This document shows, in pieces, positions 25,982 to 35,635 of a DNA stretch of 64,000 nt. This stretch comes from a virus. Made by a program: the position numbers and the translations under genes. The notes below the pieces were generated by a model. The model ran no database searches and had not been told where the DNA came from. It was given only the letters and a program-made list of their open reading frames with translations. The stretch spans positions 9,958-73,957 of the IMG/VR virus record IMGVR_UViG_3300021389_000014, one strand, 5' to 3'. Every line of letters starts with the position of its first letter. The stretch's first letter is position 1.

Positions 25982-28759
25982 TTGAGTTATATTGATGCGT
26001 TTTTAGATAGAGAAAAGGACGCCATTCACATAGTTGAAAGACGAAATGGAAAGAGAATATTTTCAAAATTTCCAGTAAAATATGTCTTTTATTATCCAGA
26101 CACAACGGGAAAATATACTAGCATTTTTGGTGAACGATTGACCAAAGTAACCTGCAATAACAAGAAAGAATTCAACCGTGAGAAAAAGATTAATAGTCAC
26201 AAAAAGTTATACGAAAGCGACATAAATCCTCTTTTTAGATTTCTTGAAGAGAATTATACTGGAAAAGATGCTCCCGAACTTAACCTTGGATTTTTCGACT
26301 TGGAAGTCGATTTTAATAAAGAATTGGGATTTGCCCCGCCAGACGATCCATTCAATCCTATTACTGCAATTGCACTTCATTTGACACATTTGGGTAAAAC
26401 TATTTGCCTAGCTGTGAAGCCAAAAACACTGACTACTGAGCAAGCAAAAGAAATAATGGACAAATTTCCAGATTCGTATCTTATGGATTCTGAGGAAGAT
26501 TTGCTACTGACTTTTCTTGACTTGATAGATGACGTTGATGTTCTCAGTGGTTGGAACAGCACAGGCTTTGATATCCCATATACAGTTAATAGAATTACTC
26601 GTATACTTGGAAGAGAATATAATAGGAAATTGTGTTTTTGGGATCAATATCCTAGTCGTCGGGAATATGAAATGTATGGTAAGATGAATGAAACCTACGA
26701 TCTTGTAGGACGCCAGCATCTTGATTATTTGGAATTATATAGAAAATATACATATCACGAAATGCACAGCTATAGTTTGGATGCAATTGGCGAATACGAA
26801 TTGAACGAACGAAAGATAGCATACGAAGGGACTTTGGATAAACTATACAACGAAGACTTTGAAAAATTCATTGATTATAACCGCCAAGACGTTGATTTGT
26901 TGGTAAATCTTGATAAAAAATTGCAATTCATTGATCTTGCCAATGTTATTGCGCATGATAACTGCGTTATCTTACCAACAACAATGGGGTCTGTTGCGCA
27001 AATTGACCAAGCTATTGTGAACGAAGCACATAAACGAGGAATGATTGTTCCAGATCGTGTTCGCAAGAATAACGACAAGTTTTCAAAAAAATCTAAGAAA
27101 ATAGAAACAGAAGACTTGTATGATTACGATGACCGTGATTTTTTCGTAGATAGCGAAGAACCTGAAAATAAAATAAACGAAAACGAGTCGGTCGCTGGTG
27201 CCTACGTCGCTGTTCCAAAAACAGGGATACATGAATGGATTGGTAGCATTGACTTGAATTCACTTTATCCTAGTATTCTTCGTGCATTAAATATGAGTCC
27301 TGAAACGCTAGTCGGACAAATTCGGCTAGACTTGACCTCACAGATGTTATCACAGTTTGAAAAAATTAGTGAGGCTTGGGATGGAAAGTTTGCCACACGA
27401 GAATACGAACTTGTCATGGAACGAGACCGCGAAACACTGTTAAAAGTTGATTTTCAAAATGGAGAAATTATCGAAGGCACTGGTGCGGAAATATACAAAA
27501 TTATATTTTCAGAAGGACACCCTTGGATGCTGACTTCTAATGGAACTATATTTACAACAGAAATAAAAGGTATTATTCCAGGTTTGCTAGAAAGATGGTA
27601 TAGTGAGCGTAAAGAATTACAAAAGAAAGCAAAATCTTTCAAAGGAGAAGACGAAGAACAGTTTAAGTTTTGGGATAAGCGTCAACTTGTTAAGAAAATT
27701 TTGCTTAACTCCCTGTATGGCGCACTTCTGAATGTAGGTAGCCGTTTCTTTGATGCTCGTCTTGGACAAAGCACTACGCTAACTGGTCGTTGTATAGATA
27801 GGCACATGGCTGCGATGGTTAATCAAGTCGTTACAGGAGATTATGACTATAAAGGCAAAGCAGTTATTTATTGCGACACCGATAGTTCGTATTTTAGTGC
27901 TTATCCGATTTACAAGGAACAGATAGAAAGTGGTGAAGTAAAATGGGATAGGGATACTGTTGTAGAACTTTATGATGCAATTTGTGAAGAAGTTAATAAA
28001 ACTTTTCCTGAATACATGAGAAACAATCATCGTTGTCCTGATAGCTTTAATCATACTATTGCGGCAGGTCGTGAAATCGTTGGTTCGAAGGCAATTTTCA
28101 TTAAAAAGAAAAGATATGCCATCATGGTTTATGACAATGAAGGGTTCCGAGAAGATAGCGGCAATACACCCGGTAAAGTAAAAGCCATGGGTCTTGATCT
28201 TAAAAGAAGCGATACGCCTACGTTTATGCAGAATTTCTTAAAAGACATTCTATTGATGATCCTAGAGGGTAGCAACGAAGAAGATATTATTTCTAAAATT
28301 AAAGATTTCAGAAAAGTCTTTAGAGACATGAAACCTTGGGAAATAGGAACGCCAAAAAGAGTGAATAAACTCACATATTATTCTGGTTTAGAATATGGCA
28401 AAGATAAAGACGGTGACGAAATTTACAAAGGAAAGGCCAGAATACCTGGGCACGTTCGTGCAGCGATAAACTATAATCGTCTTCTTGATTTGCATAATGA
28501 TAACTTTAGTATGCGTATTAGCGATGGCATGAAAACTATTGTTTGTAAATTAAAACAAAATCAACTTGGATTTACTAGTGTTGCAATTCCTATTGACGAA
28601 TCGCGTATTCCGCATTGGTTTAAGGAATTGCCCTTTGATGTGGATGCTATGGAAGAAGCGATCATTGATAAAAAAGTAAAAAATCTTATCGGTGTTCTAA
28701 AATGGAAGATAGAAAATAGTTACAACAAGACAAATTTTGACGAATTGTTCGAATTTTAA
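25982..28759 (+). CDS. gp43: Family B DNA polymerase (TTG start)
   Basis: Exo I FDLEV, Exo II GWN..GFD, Exo III YN..D; polymerase motifs DLNSLYPS, K..LNSLYG, YCDTDS, KKRY. Confidence 0.97.
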   Translation: MSYIDAFLDREKDAIHIVERRNGKRIFSKFPVKYVFYYPDTTGKYTSIFGERLTKVTCNNKKEFNREKKINSHKKLYESDINPLFRFLEENYTGKDAPELNLGFFDLEVDFNKELGFAPPDDPFNPITAIALHLTHLGKTICLAVKPKTLTTEQAKEIMDKFPDSYLMDSEEDLLLTFLDLIDDVDVLSGWNSTGFDIPYTVNRITRILGREYNRKLCFWDQYPSRREYEMYGKMNETYDLVGRQHLDYLELYRKYTYHEMHSYSLDAIGEYELNERKIAYEGTLDKLYNEDFEKFIDYNRQDVDLLVNLDKKLQFIDLANVIAHDNCVILPTTMGSVAQIDQAIVNEAHKRGMIVPDRVRKNNDKFSKKSKKIETEDLYDYDDRDFFVDSEEPENKINENESVAGAYVAVPKTGIHEWIGSIDLNSLYPSILRALNMSPETLVGQIRLDLTSQMLSQFEKISEAWDGKFATREYELVMERDRETLLKVDFQNGEIIEGTGAEIYKIIFSEGHPWMLTSNGTIFTTEIKGIIPGLLERWYSERKELQKKAKSFKGEDEEQFKFWDKRQLVKKILLNSLYGALLNVGSRFFDARLGQSTTLTGRCIDRHMAAMVNQVVTGDYDYKGKAVIYCDTDSSYFSAYPIYKEQIESGEVKWDRDTVVELYDAICEEVNKTFPEYMRNNHRCPDSFNHTIAAGREIVGSKAIFIKKKRYAIMVYDNEGFREDSGNTPGKVKAMGLDLKRSDTPTFMQNFLKDILLMILEGSNEEDIISKIKDFRKVFRDMKPWEIGTPKRVNKLTYYSGLEYGKDKDGDEIYKGKARIPGHVRAAINYNRLLDLHNDNFSMRISDGMKTIVCKLKQNQLGFTSVAIPIDESRIPHWFKELPFDVDAMEEAIIDKKVKNLIGVLKWKIENSYNKTNFDELFEF

Positions 28760-28761
28760 TC

Positions 28762-28790
28762 TTGACAATAGCTCATTACTGTGCTATTAT
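28762..28790 (+). promoter_or_regulatory. Sigma70-type promoter
   Basis: TTGACA-N17-TATTAT. Confidence 0.75.
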
Positions 28791-28830
28791 TATACTACAA
28801 ATTAATACTAATAATGGAGAAAATATAAAA

Positions 28831-29580
28831 ATGGCTGAATTAAAAGATATAGTAGCTGATATTGTAAAGCATACCGCTACTAATTTTATTGAGCATGTAA
28901 AAATAACAGATAGCAGCGAAGAAACCATAATTGAAACAATGGATGTAGATAAGACTGTTATTGTTAAAGGAAAGATTCATGATCCTATCGGTGAAATTGG
29001 TAATGAAATCGGTTTCGGAAACCTAAAATTCCTTAAAGGAGTTCTCAATCTTTCGAATTACCGTGTAGACGGTTCCACCGTATCGGTAGAACATCGTGAA
29101 CGAAATGGGGAAAATATTCCTGATAGTTTACTGTTTAAAGATGTATATGGCAACACAGACCGTTATCGGTTTATGAGTAAGCAGGTTATTGACCAGAATT
29201 TAAAAACTGTAAAATTTAAAGGTGCTACTTGGAATGTTGAAATAGAACCAACAAAACAAAAAGTAAGTGAACTACAAAGTGCTGCTGCGATTTATGGAGG
29301 CAGCGACACAACTTTTCAGTTGAAAACAGATAACGGAGACCTTGTAATTACTTTTGGTTCAGAAAAAAGCAGTTTTTCGGGAAAACGTATTTTTGCAACT
29401 GATGTTTCTGGTGACTACAAAGAACAATATCAGTGGCCATTGGCAAAAGTATTAGCTATTCTAGACTTGGGTATGTCTGGGAAATGTAAAATGTCTTTAA
29501 GCGATTTGGGAGTTTTGCAAATAAGTGTTGATAGCGGAATTGGTCAATACAATTATATACTACCAGCTTTAACTGCTTAA
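28831..29580 (+). CDS. Probable DNA sliding clamp (gp45/PCNA-like)
   Basis: ~250 aa alpha/beta protein right after polB, with a clamp-like C-terminus 'K......G.L.I.......Y.Y.LP'. GGAG RBS before ATG 28831. Confidence 0.6.
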   Translation: MAELKDIVADIVKHTATNFIEHVKITDSSEETIIETMDVDKTVIVKGKIHDPIGEIGNEIGFGNLKFLKGVLNLSNYRVDGSTVSVEHRERNGENIPDSLLFKDVYGNTDRYRFMSKQVIDQNLKTVKFKGATWNVEIEPTKQKVSELQSAAAIYGGSDTTFQLKTDNGDLVITFGSEKSSFSGKRIFATDVSGDYKEQYQWPLAKVLAILDLGMSGKCKMSLSDLGVLQISVDSGIGQYNYILPALTA

Positions 29581-29583
29581 TAT

Positions 29584-29883
29584 ATGGAGAAAAACATGAA
29601 TAAATTAGTTGCACTAAGTGATATTAAATACGATCTACTTAAAATTATTGAACCATACGATGGGCGTTTGTCTAGAAATGAGTGGAGACCAGTGGACAGA
29701 CTGTTTACCAATTATCTTTTTGACCTAAAAAGAGATAGAGCAATTCGTGATTTTAATAGCACTTATACTATAAAAGAAGGAACTATCATTTACGATGTGG
29801 GTATAAAACTATCAAATGATAGAAGCCCGAAGAAACTAAAAATATATGTTTCTACGTATAATCATCCTTGGGTATCTAAATAA
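29584..29883 (+). CDS. Hypothetical protein
   Basis: ORF in operon; GGAG upstream of the second Met. Confidence 0.6.
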   Translation: MEKNMNKLVALSDIKYDLLKIIEPYDGRLSRNEWRPVDRLFTNYLFDLKRDRAIRDFNSTYTIKEGTIIYDVGIKLSNDRSPKKLKIYVSTYNHPWVSK

Positions 29884-29885
29884 TA

Positions 29886-29909
29886 GGGGGCCGTTGTGCC
29901 CCCAATTTT
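29886..29909 (+). terminator. Intrinsic terminator
   Basis: GGGGGC-cgttgt-GCCCCC followed by aatttt. Confidence 0.55.
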
Positions 29910-30032
29910 AAAGAAGTTTTATATGAAATATAAAGAGAAAAATCCAGAATTAAAAGCGATAAAATAAGGATATGAGATAATTTTGAAAAATCTACAAGTA
30001 TACGAAGTTATTATAGACGGAAATGTTGAAAA

Positions 30033-30605
30033 ATGATAGGAACACTTACTTCTATTATGGGTCCAATGTATGCTGGCAAAACTAGTGAATTAATGAAGAG
30101 AATTCTTTGGTTAAATCACCAGAATCTACCATTGATGGTAATTAAGCCCGCTATAGATAATCGTTATAGTAAAAATAAAGAAATAGTCACACATACTGGT
30201 CACAAGTTTGAATGTTATTATTTGCATCTTGGTTCTATTGACGAAAACAATATATTTAACGACAATACGGTATTACAAGAAGCAGAGAATATGAATACTA
30301 TATTCATAGACGAAATACAATTTTTTGATCCAGAAATACAAGATTACATTAAGAAATGGATTTTGAGTGGAATACATGTGGTTGTGTCTGGATTGGACCA
30401 AGATAGTTCCGGTATGCCATTTGCTCTGTCTGCAAATATGTTAGCAATGAGTGATGAAGTTGTTAAGTTGCGAAGTTACTGTAACACTTGCGGTCAACCT
30501 GCCGCAAAAACACAAAAACTATATGACACAGGAAATCGTGTTGATGTTGGCAGCAATGGAATGTATGAGGCAAGGTGTTTAGAACACTGGACTCCAAAAA
30601 AATAA
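30033..30605 (+). CDS. tdk: Thymidine kinase
   Basis: GPMYAGKT P-loop, KPAIDNRY, IDEIQF, GLD.D, C..CG and Y...C..H zinc site. Confidence 0.95.
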   Translation: MIGTLTSIMGPMYAGKTSELMKRILWLNHQNLPLMVIKPAIDNRYSKNKEIVTHTGHKFECYYLHLGSIDENNIFNDNTVLQEAENMNTIFIDEIQFFDPEIQDYIKKWILSGIHVVVSGLDQDSSGMPFALSANMLAMSDEVVKLRSYCNTCGQPAAKTQKLYDTGNRVDVGSNGMYEARCLEHWTPKK

Positions 30606-30615
30606 AGGATATAAA

Positions 30616-30906
30616 ATGAGTTGGTTTAAGAATTTATTTTCTAAAAAAGAAGAAAATAAACCAGATAATAATTTAGTAGAAATAGAAAACAAATATAATT
30701 CAAGTGAGCCGTGGGTAGATGTTGTAAAAATATCGATGGAAGATGAAAGCAATCCATCTAGTGGATATTTTGAACTTGACTGGAATCGTGCATTTGTTGA
30801 ACAATTAACAGAGGCGGGATACAGTGGTCGCACAGAAGAAGAAATTGTTGAACAGTGGTTTAATGACTTATGTCGTGGTGTTGTAAGTGACACACTTCCA
30901 GAATAA
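30616..30906 (+). CDS. Conserved-type phage hypothetical protein
   Basis: 'EPWV.V...G.FELDWN..F...L...GY.G...E.IV..WF..LC'; good RBS. Confidence 0.65.
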   Translation: MSWFKNLFSKKEENKPDNNLVEIENKYNSSEPWVDVVKISMEDESNPSSGYFELDWNRAFVEQLTEAGYSGRTEEEIVEQWFNDLCRGVVSDTLPE

Positions 30907-30909
30907 CAG

Positions 30910-30938
30910 TTGACACGCTTCTAGTAGCGTGTTACTAT
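30910..30938 (+). promoter_or_regulatory. Sigma70-type promoter with palindromic spacer
   Basis: TTGACA-N17-TACTAT; inverted repeat ACACGCT-n6-AGCGTGT. Confidence 0.7.
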
Positions 30939-30969
30939 CATTCCATGATAAACAATAGAAAGATTTTAA

Positions 30970-31956
30970 ATGAGTTATATTTTAGTTGATACCCAGAATT
31001 TATTTTATCGTGCAAGGCATGTTGTGAGGGCTGGCGATCCAGAACTAAAAATAGGAATGGCTTTTCATATTCTGTTTTCTAGTATTGCAAAATCCTATAG
31101 AGATTTTAGCGGTTCGCACGTAGTATTTTGCCTAGAAGGCCGTAGCTGGCGCAAAGATTTTTATAAACCTTATAAAAATAACAGAAAAGTTGCACGTGAC
31201 GCCATGTCGCCAGACCAAAAAGCAGAAGACGAAATGTTTTTTGAAGCATTTGCGGAACTGGTTGAATATGTCCGGAATGACACAAAATGCACGGTATTGC
31301 AGCACCGAAATTGTGAAGCAGATGATTTTATTGCACGATGGATTCAGCTTCATCCAGAAGAAAAGCATGTAATTGTTTCTACCGATAGTGACTACTATCA
31401 ATTACTCAATGAAAATGTATCACAATATAATGGTGTAACTAACCAGCACATTACTATTGATGGGATTTTTAATGATAGTGGAAAGCCCCTTGTTGATAAC
31501 AAGACTGGTGAGCAAAAAACTATAGGAGACCCAGAATATCTTTTATTTGAAAAGTGTATTCGTGGCGACATAAGCGATAATGTTTTTAGTGCTTATCCTG
31601 GGGTTCGTACAAAAGGAACAAAGAATAAAGTAGGAATTCTAGAAGCATTTGCTGACCGAAATGATAAGGGGTTTGACTGGAATAATTTTATGTTACAACG
31701 TTGGACCGACCATGAGAATACAGAACACGTTGTATTGAGTGATTATAATCGCAATAAAACTCTTATTGATTTAACGCAGCAACCGGAGCATATTAAAGAA
31801 GAAATGGACAAAACTATTCTAGAAGCATCTCAGAAAGAATATCCGTCTCAAATTGGTATACGTTTTATGAAGTTTTGTGGAAAATATAGTTTGCTCAAAA
31901 TGAGCGAACGACCAAATGATTTTACTACGTTTTTAAACGCTGGATGCAAAAATTAA
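30970..31956 (+). CDS. rnh: T4 RNase H-like 5'-3' exonuclease / flap endonuclease
   Basis: 'LVD..N', 'SWRK..Y..YK.NR', 'EADD.IA', 'STDSD..QL', 'GD.SDN'. Confidence 0.9.
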   Translation: MSYILVDTQNLFYRARHVVRAGDPELKIGMAFHILFSSIAKSYRDFSGSHVVFCLEGRSWRKDFYKPYKNNRKVARDAMSPDQKAEDEMFFEAFAELVEYVRNDTKCTVLQHRNCEADDFIARWIQLHPEEKHVIVSTDSDYYQLLNENVSQYNGVTNQHITIDGIFNDSGKPLVDNKTGEQKTIGDPEYLLFEKCIRGDISDNVFSAYPGVRTKGTKNKVGILEAFADRNDKGFDWNNFMLQRWTDHENTEHVVLSDYNRNKTLIDLTQQPEHIKEEMDKTILEASQKEYPSQIGIRFMKFCGKYSLLKMSERPNDFTTFLNAGCKN

Positions 31957-32001
31957 AATTTTAGATAAATACATCTATAGTAAAAATATAGGTGTATTAT
32001 C

Positions 32002-32295
32002 ATGTCTAGACCAAAACCAACCGTATTAATATCTAAAAAAGAATTAGATTCATACAAAATAGAAGAAATACTCGACGCAGAAGGGGTATATGCTGTATTC
32101 TATAAAGGTTCTCCTATTAGTATAAAATGGGGGAGCGAATTCGTAGATGACATGCAACCAAAATATAGAAAAACATTTTTTCCAAGTGCAGCACATGCTT
32201 ACAACTTAGCAGATAGATTGAATGAAAAATTTGAAACATCTGATTTTGAGGTATTCAAGTTAGATAGTGGGACAAAAATGTCAAGAAATGTCTAG
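32002..32295 (+). CDS. Conserved-type phage hypothetical protein
   Basis: 'MSRPKP...YAV.Y.G.PI...KY.K..F....HA.NLA..LN..F'; late promoter motif upstream. Confidence 0.65.
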   Translation: MSRPKPTVLISKKELDSYKIEEILDAEGVYAVFYKGSPISIKWGSEFVDDMQPKYRKTFFPSAAHAYNLADRLNEKFETSDFEVFKLDSGTKMSRNV

Positions 32296-32611
32296 TATAA
32301 GAACCCAGATAACTAGTTATTTTCAAAAGTTATATCAAGATACTGACATAACGGAATATACGATGTTTGGGACTTATTCTGGAAATAGGCTATCTGAAGT
32401 TGGGAATAAGTTGATGATGAAAGAATTTAATCATCATGTTTTTCCGGTAAATAATGAAATTTCATTATACAAGAAAACAATTTTAAACAAAAATATGCCT
32501 AGACCATATTTTCTGTCAGATAAAAAAATTATATTGTATGATGATAATGACGCTTCCTCTCTGCTGATGATGGAAGATATTTCTCTATGGATAGAATCAG
32601 TGACCATGTAA
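32288..32611 (+). CDS. Hypothetical protein
   Basis: ORF overlapping the previous stop; ATG 32288 preferred. Confidence 0.55.
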   Translation: MSSIRTQITSYFQKLYQDTDITEYTMFGTYSGNRLSEVGNKLMMKEFNHHVFPVNNEISLYKKTILNKNMPRPYFLSDKKIILYDDNDASSLLMMEDISLWIESVTM

Positions 32612-32620
32612 ATAAAGTGC

Positions 32621-32649
32621 TTGACATATTGCATCGTATGTGATATCTT
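32621..32649 (+). promoter_or_regulatory. Sigma70-type promoter
   Basis: TTGACA-N17-TATCTT. Confidence 0.7.
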
Positions 32650-32683
32650 ACTCATATAAATAACGTCATATGAGGAGAAAACG

Positions 32684-32986
32684 ATGGAACAGGGTTTGGT
32701 GGCAGCGGGAATTGGGATTCTTATTGCACTTATTTCATATTCTTATGGGAAAACAGCAGGAAACCTAGTAACTACTAAAAGAAGTGCAGATTTTGCAGAT
32801 GGTGTTAAGTATGGAACGACATCTGTTATAGCTCTTTTGATCAAATCAAAAGTTATAAACATGGACATTTCGAATGGATATGATTATAAGCTTACTGGAA
32901 ATTCAAATAAATCAGTCACGATGACCGAATTGACAGAACTTGTTGAAACTAATGGCGTCGGAGCATTCAACAATGATAGTATCTGA
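32684..32986 (+). CDS. Hypothetical membrane-anchored protein
   Basis: N-terminal hydrophobic helix; GAGGAG RBS. Confidence 0.65.
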   Translation: MEQGLVAAGIGILIALISYSYGKTAGNLVTTKRSADFADGVKYGTTSVIALLIKSKVINMDISNGYDYKLTGNSNKSVTMTELTELVETNGVGAFNNDSI

Positions 32987-33149
32987 AAACACAATGTCGT
33001 TGTTCTATAACGATTTTAAGTTGTATCCAGAACCAGAGAAAATAAAAGAAGCTTCCGAATGGTATAAAAATTACACGGGTACGACATATCGCGGCGAAGA
33101 CAAAAAAGAACTTGTAGAAATCTACGCAGCTTTCAAAAAATTGGGTTGA
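32973..33149 (+). CDS. Small hypothetical protein
   Basis: GGAG upstream of ATG 32973; fills the gap before the next promoter. Confidence 0.45.
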   Translation: MIVSENTMSLFYNDFKLYPEPEKIKEASEWYKNYTGTTYRGEDKKELVEIYAAFKKLG

Positions 33150-33174
33150 CATCCCAGAGCAAATCAAATAGATT
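33146..33174 (+). promoter_or_regulatory. Sigma70-type promoter
   Basis: TTGACA-N17-TAGATT. Confidence 0.65.
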
Positions 33175-33215
33175 ACGAATCATAGCAAATACACAGTCAA
33201 CTGATGGAGAAATAA

Positions 33216-34316
33216 ATGACTGAACAAACTCGCACTGTAAAACTCAGCGAAGCAAAAAAGTATATCAAGCATCACTTCAAGAAAAAGCGTCCCACTATGC
33301 TTTGGGCTGGCCCCGGTGTTGGCAAAAGTGATCTTGTTGCAAGCATTGTAGAAGAGATTCCGAATTCTGCCCTCATTGATGTTCGTCTTCCTCTTTGGGA
33401 ACCTACTGACATTAAAGGTATTCCGTTTTACAATTCTACTTCCAATACGATGGAATGGGCTTCCCCTGCAGAACTTCCTAGCGAAGAATTTGCAAGCAAG
33501 TACAATACTGTTGTTCTTTTCTTGGACGAACTTAATGGTGCTGCTCCTGCTGTCCAAGCTGCTGCATATCAGCTTATCCTCAATCGCCGTGTTGGAACGT
33601 ATGAACTACCTGACAACGTTGTTGTTGTTGCTGCTGGCAACCGTGAAAGCGACAAGGGCGTTGCTTATCGTATGCCTAAGCCTCTGGCAAATCGTTTTGT
33701 CCACTACGAAGTCCGTGTTGATTTCAACGACTGGCAGCAATGGGCGCTTGGTAATGGTATTCATCCTGACGTGGTTGGTTATCTGACATTCTCTAAGCGT
33801 GACTTGCATCAGTTTGATCCTAGTTCGTCTGATCGCAGTTTTGCTACCCCGCGTTCTTGGTCATTTGTTAGTGAACTTCTTGATGATGTAGAAATGTTTT
33901 CTCCGCAGGAAATCACTGACATGGTTAGTGGTGCTATTGGTGAGGGAATTGCATTGAAATTCAACGCACACCGTGAGGTTTCCAGCCTCTTGCCTGATCC
34001 TAGCCTCATCCTTGATGGTAAGATTGACAATCTAAAAACCAAAGAGATTTCTGCAATGTATTCGCTTGCAACTTCTCTTTCCTATGAACTTAAAACAGTT
34101 TATGACCGTATTGGCAAAGATGTAGAGCAAGATGATTTTAACGAAAAGCTGGACAACATGCTGGAATTCTGCCTGAAGAATTTTGAACCGGAAATGAGCA
34201 TCATGAGCGTTCGTGTTCTGGCAACACAATACAAAATGAAGTTGCCACTTCGCAAAATTCCGAATGGTGTGAAATTCTTTGACAAGTATGGTGATCTTGT
34301 TCTTGCCGCTGCATAA
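33216..34316 (+). CDS. MoxR-like AAA+ ATPase
   Basis: Walker A GPGVGKS, Walker B LFLDELN, AAGNR..D, LANRF, TPRSW. Confidence 0.9.
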   Translation: MTEQTRTVKLSEAKKYIKHHFKKKRPTMLWAGPGVGKSDLVASIVEEIPNSALIDVRLPLWEPTDIKGIPFYNSTSNTMEWASPAELPSEEFASKYNTVVLFLDELNGAAPAVQAAAYQLILNRRVGTYELPDNVVVVAAGNRESDKGVAYRMPKPLANRFVHYEVRVDFNDWQQWALGNGIHPDVVGYLTFSKRDLHQFDPSSSDRSFATPRSWSFVSELLDDVEMFSPQEITDMVSGAIGEGIALKFNAHREVSSLLPDPSLILDGKIDNLKTKEISAMYSLATSLSYELKTVYDRIGKDVEQDDFNEKLDNMLEFCLKNFEPEMSIMSVRVLATQYKMKLPLRKIPNGVKFFDKYGDLVLAAA

Positions 34317-34318
34317 AC

Positions 34319-34344
34319 AAAAAGGGGCTTCGGCCCCTTTTTTT
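34319..34344 (+). terminator. Intrinsic terminator
   Basis: AAAAAGGGGC-TTCG-GCCCCTTTTTTT. Confidence 0.9.
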
Positions 34345-34403
34345 CTTGACAACCGCGCTTATGTGTGGTAGTATTAAATATATAAATAACTGATGAGGAA
34401 ATC

Positions 34404-35585
34404 ATGTCTGATACTGCTGAAAACAAACTTGTAAAGGCCCGTCTTAAACTGCTGTTTAAGCATCCCTTCTTTGGTCAGATGGCCTTGCGTATGCGCTTGA
34501 TTGATGTCACCGATGACGGTTGGTGTCCAACTGCCGCAACGGATGGTCGCAACTTTTACTATAATGCCGACTTTGTGAATAAACTTGATCAAGACGAAAT
34601 TGTTTTTCTTGTTGGTCATGAGCTTGGTCACTGTATTTTTGAACATTTTTTGCGCGTAGATAAGCGTGACAAAAAGCTTTGGAATATGGCAGGCGATTAT
34701 GTTATCAATCTTATGCTAGAACGTGAACGAATTGGACGAGTAATCACAACTGTTCCTATTCTTTTGGATAACAAATACCGTGGACTTGCTACCGAAGAAG
34801 TATATGAAGACCTTGTTAAAAATGGTGCCGAGGAAAAAGATACGCTTGACATTCACCTTGAAATTGGTGGTTCTGGCGAAGACGATGAAGAAGGCAATGG
34901 CGACAAAGATGGAAAAGGCAAAAAGCCAACTATCTCTGCCGAAGATGCGAAATCAATTTCTGATGATATTCGCCAAGCTGTTTTGCAAGCCGCGTCTGCA
35001 TCTGCTGGTAATCTACCATCCGAGGTAAAGCGTATTATCAAAAATCTTACCGAGTCTAAGATGGATTGGCGTCAGCATATTCGTTCATCCATTGAAAGTA
35101 GCATTAAGAGTGACTTTTCTTGGATGCGTCCTAACCGCAAAGGCTGGCATATGTCGGCTATCCTTCCTGGAATGACCCCAGGTCAAGAGATTGAGGTTGC
35201 TATTGGTATTGACACAAGTGGTTCTATTTCACAGAAAACACTTGAAGATTTTCTTGGTGAAGTAAACGGTATCATGGAGCAGTTTGAGCAATATACTATT
35301 CGTATTTGGCAATTTGATACCCGTGTATATGGCTACGAAAAGTTCACACATGATGACGGTAAGGATATTCGCGAATATGAAATTCGCGGAGGTGGTGGCA
35401 CCGACTTCATGGCCAACTGGGAATACATGAAAAACAATGACATTGACCCAAAACAGTTTATCATGTTTACAGACATGATGCCTTGGAATAGCTGGGGTGA
35501 TCCGAATTACTGCGATACGCTATTTGTTGCACATAGCACAAAAACCATTCAAGCACCATTTGGAACCACGGTATACTATGAATAA
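34404..35585 (+). CDS. Metallopeptidase-like (HExxH) plus vWA domain protein, MoxR partner
   Basis: TAATDG, HELGH, WN.A.DY.IN, MIDAS DTSGS, GGGGTDF, FTD. Confidence 0.88.
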   Translation: MSDTAENKLVKARLKLLFKHPFFGQMALRMRLIDVTDDGWCPTAATDGRNFYYNADFVNKLDQDEIVFLVGHELGHCIFEHFLRVDKRDKKLWNMAGDYVINLMLERERIGRVITTVPILLDNKYRGLATEEVYEDLVKNGAEEKDTLDIHLEIGGSGEDDEEGNGDKDGKGKKPTISAEDAKSISDDIRQAVLQAASASAGNLPSEVKRIIKNLTESKMDWRQHIRSSIESSIKSDFSWMRPNRKGWHMSAILPGMTPGQEIEVAIGIDTSGSISQKTLEDFLGEVNGIMEQFEQYTIRIWQFDTRVYGYEKFTHDDGKDIREYEIRGGGGTDFMANWEYMKNNDIDPKQFIMFTDMMPWNSWGDPNYCDTLFVAHSTKTIQAPFGTTVYYE

Positions 35586-35610
35586 TTTATGGCACTTCGG
35601 TGCCATAAAT
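35585..35610 (+). terminator. Perfect hairpin (terminator-like) overlapping a late promoter motif
   Basis: ATTTATGGCAC-TTCG-GTGCCATAAAT; the 3' arm forms CATAAATA (35604-35611). Confidence 0.6.
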
Positions 35611-35635
35611 AACTATATATAAAATAGGAGATAAT

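Noticed and set aside
27060-27190. Possible intein or intron in PolB (charged insert before motif A)
   Set aside because: Only ~40 aa, low complexity, no Cys/Ser start with His-Asn end, no endonuclease motifs; most likely a loop.
27869-27886. YCDTDS instead of YGDTDS in PolB motif C
   Set aside because: Both catalytic aspartates are intact; a single substitution supports no functional claim.
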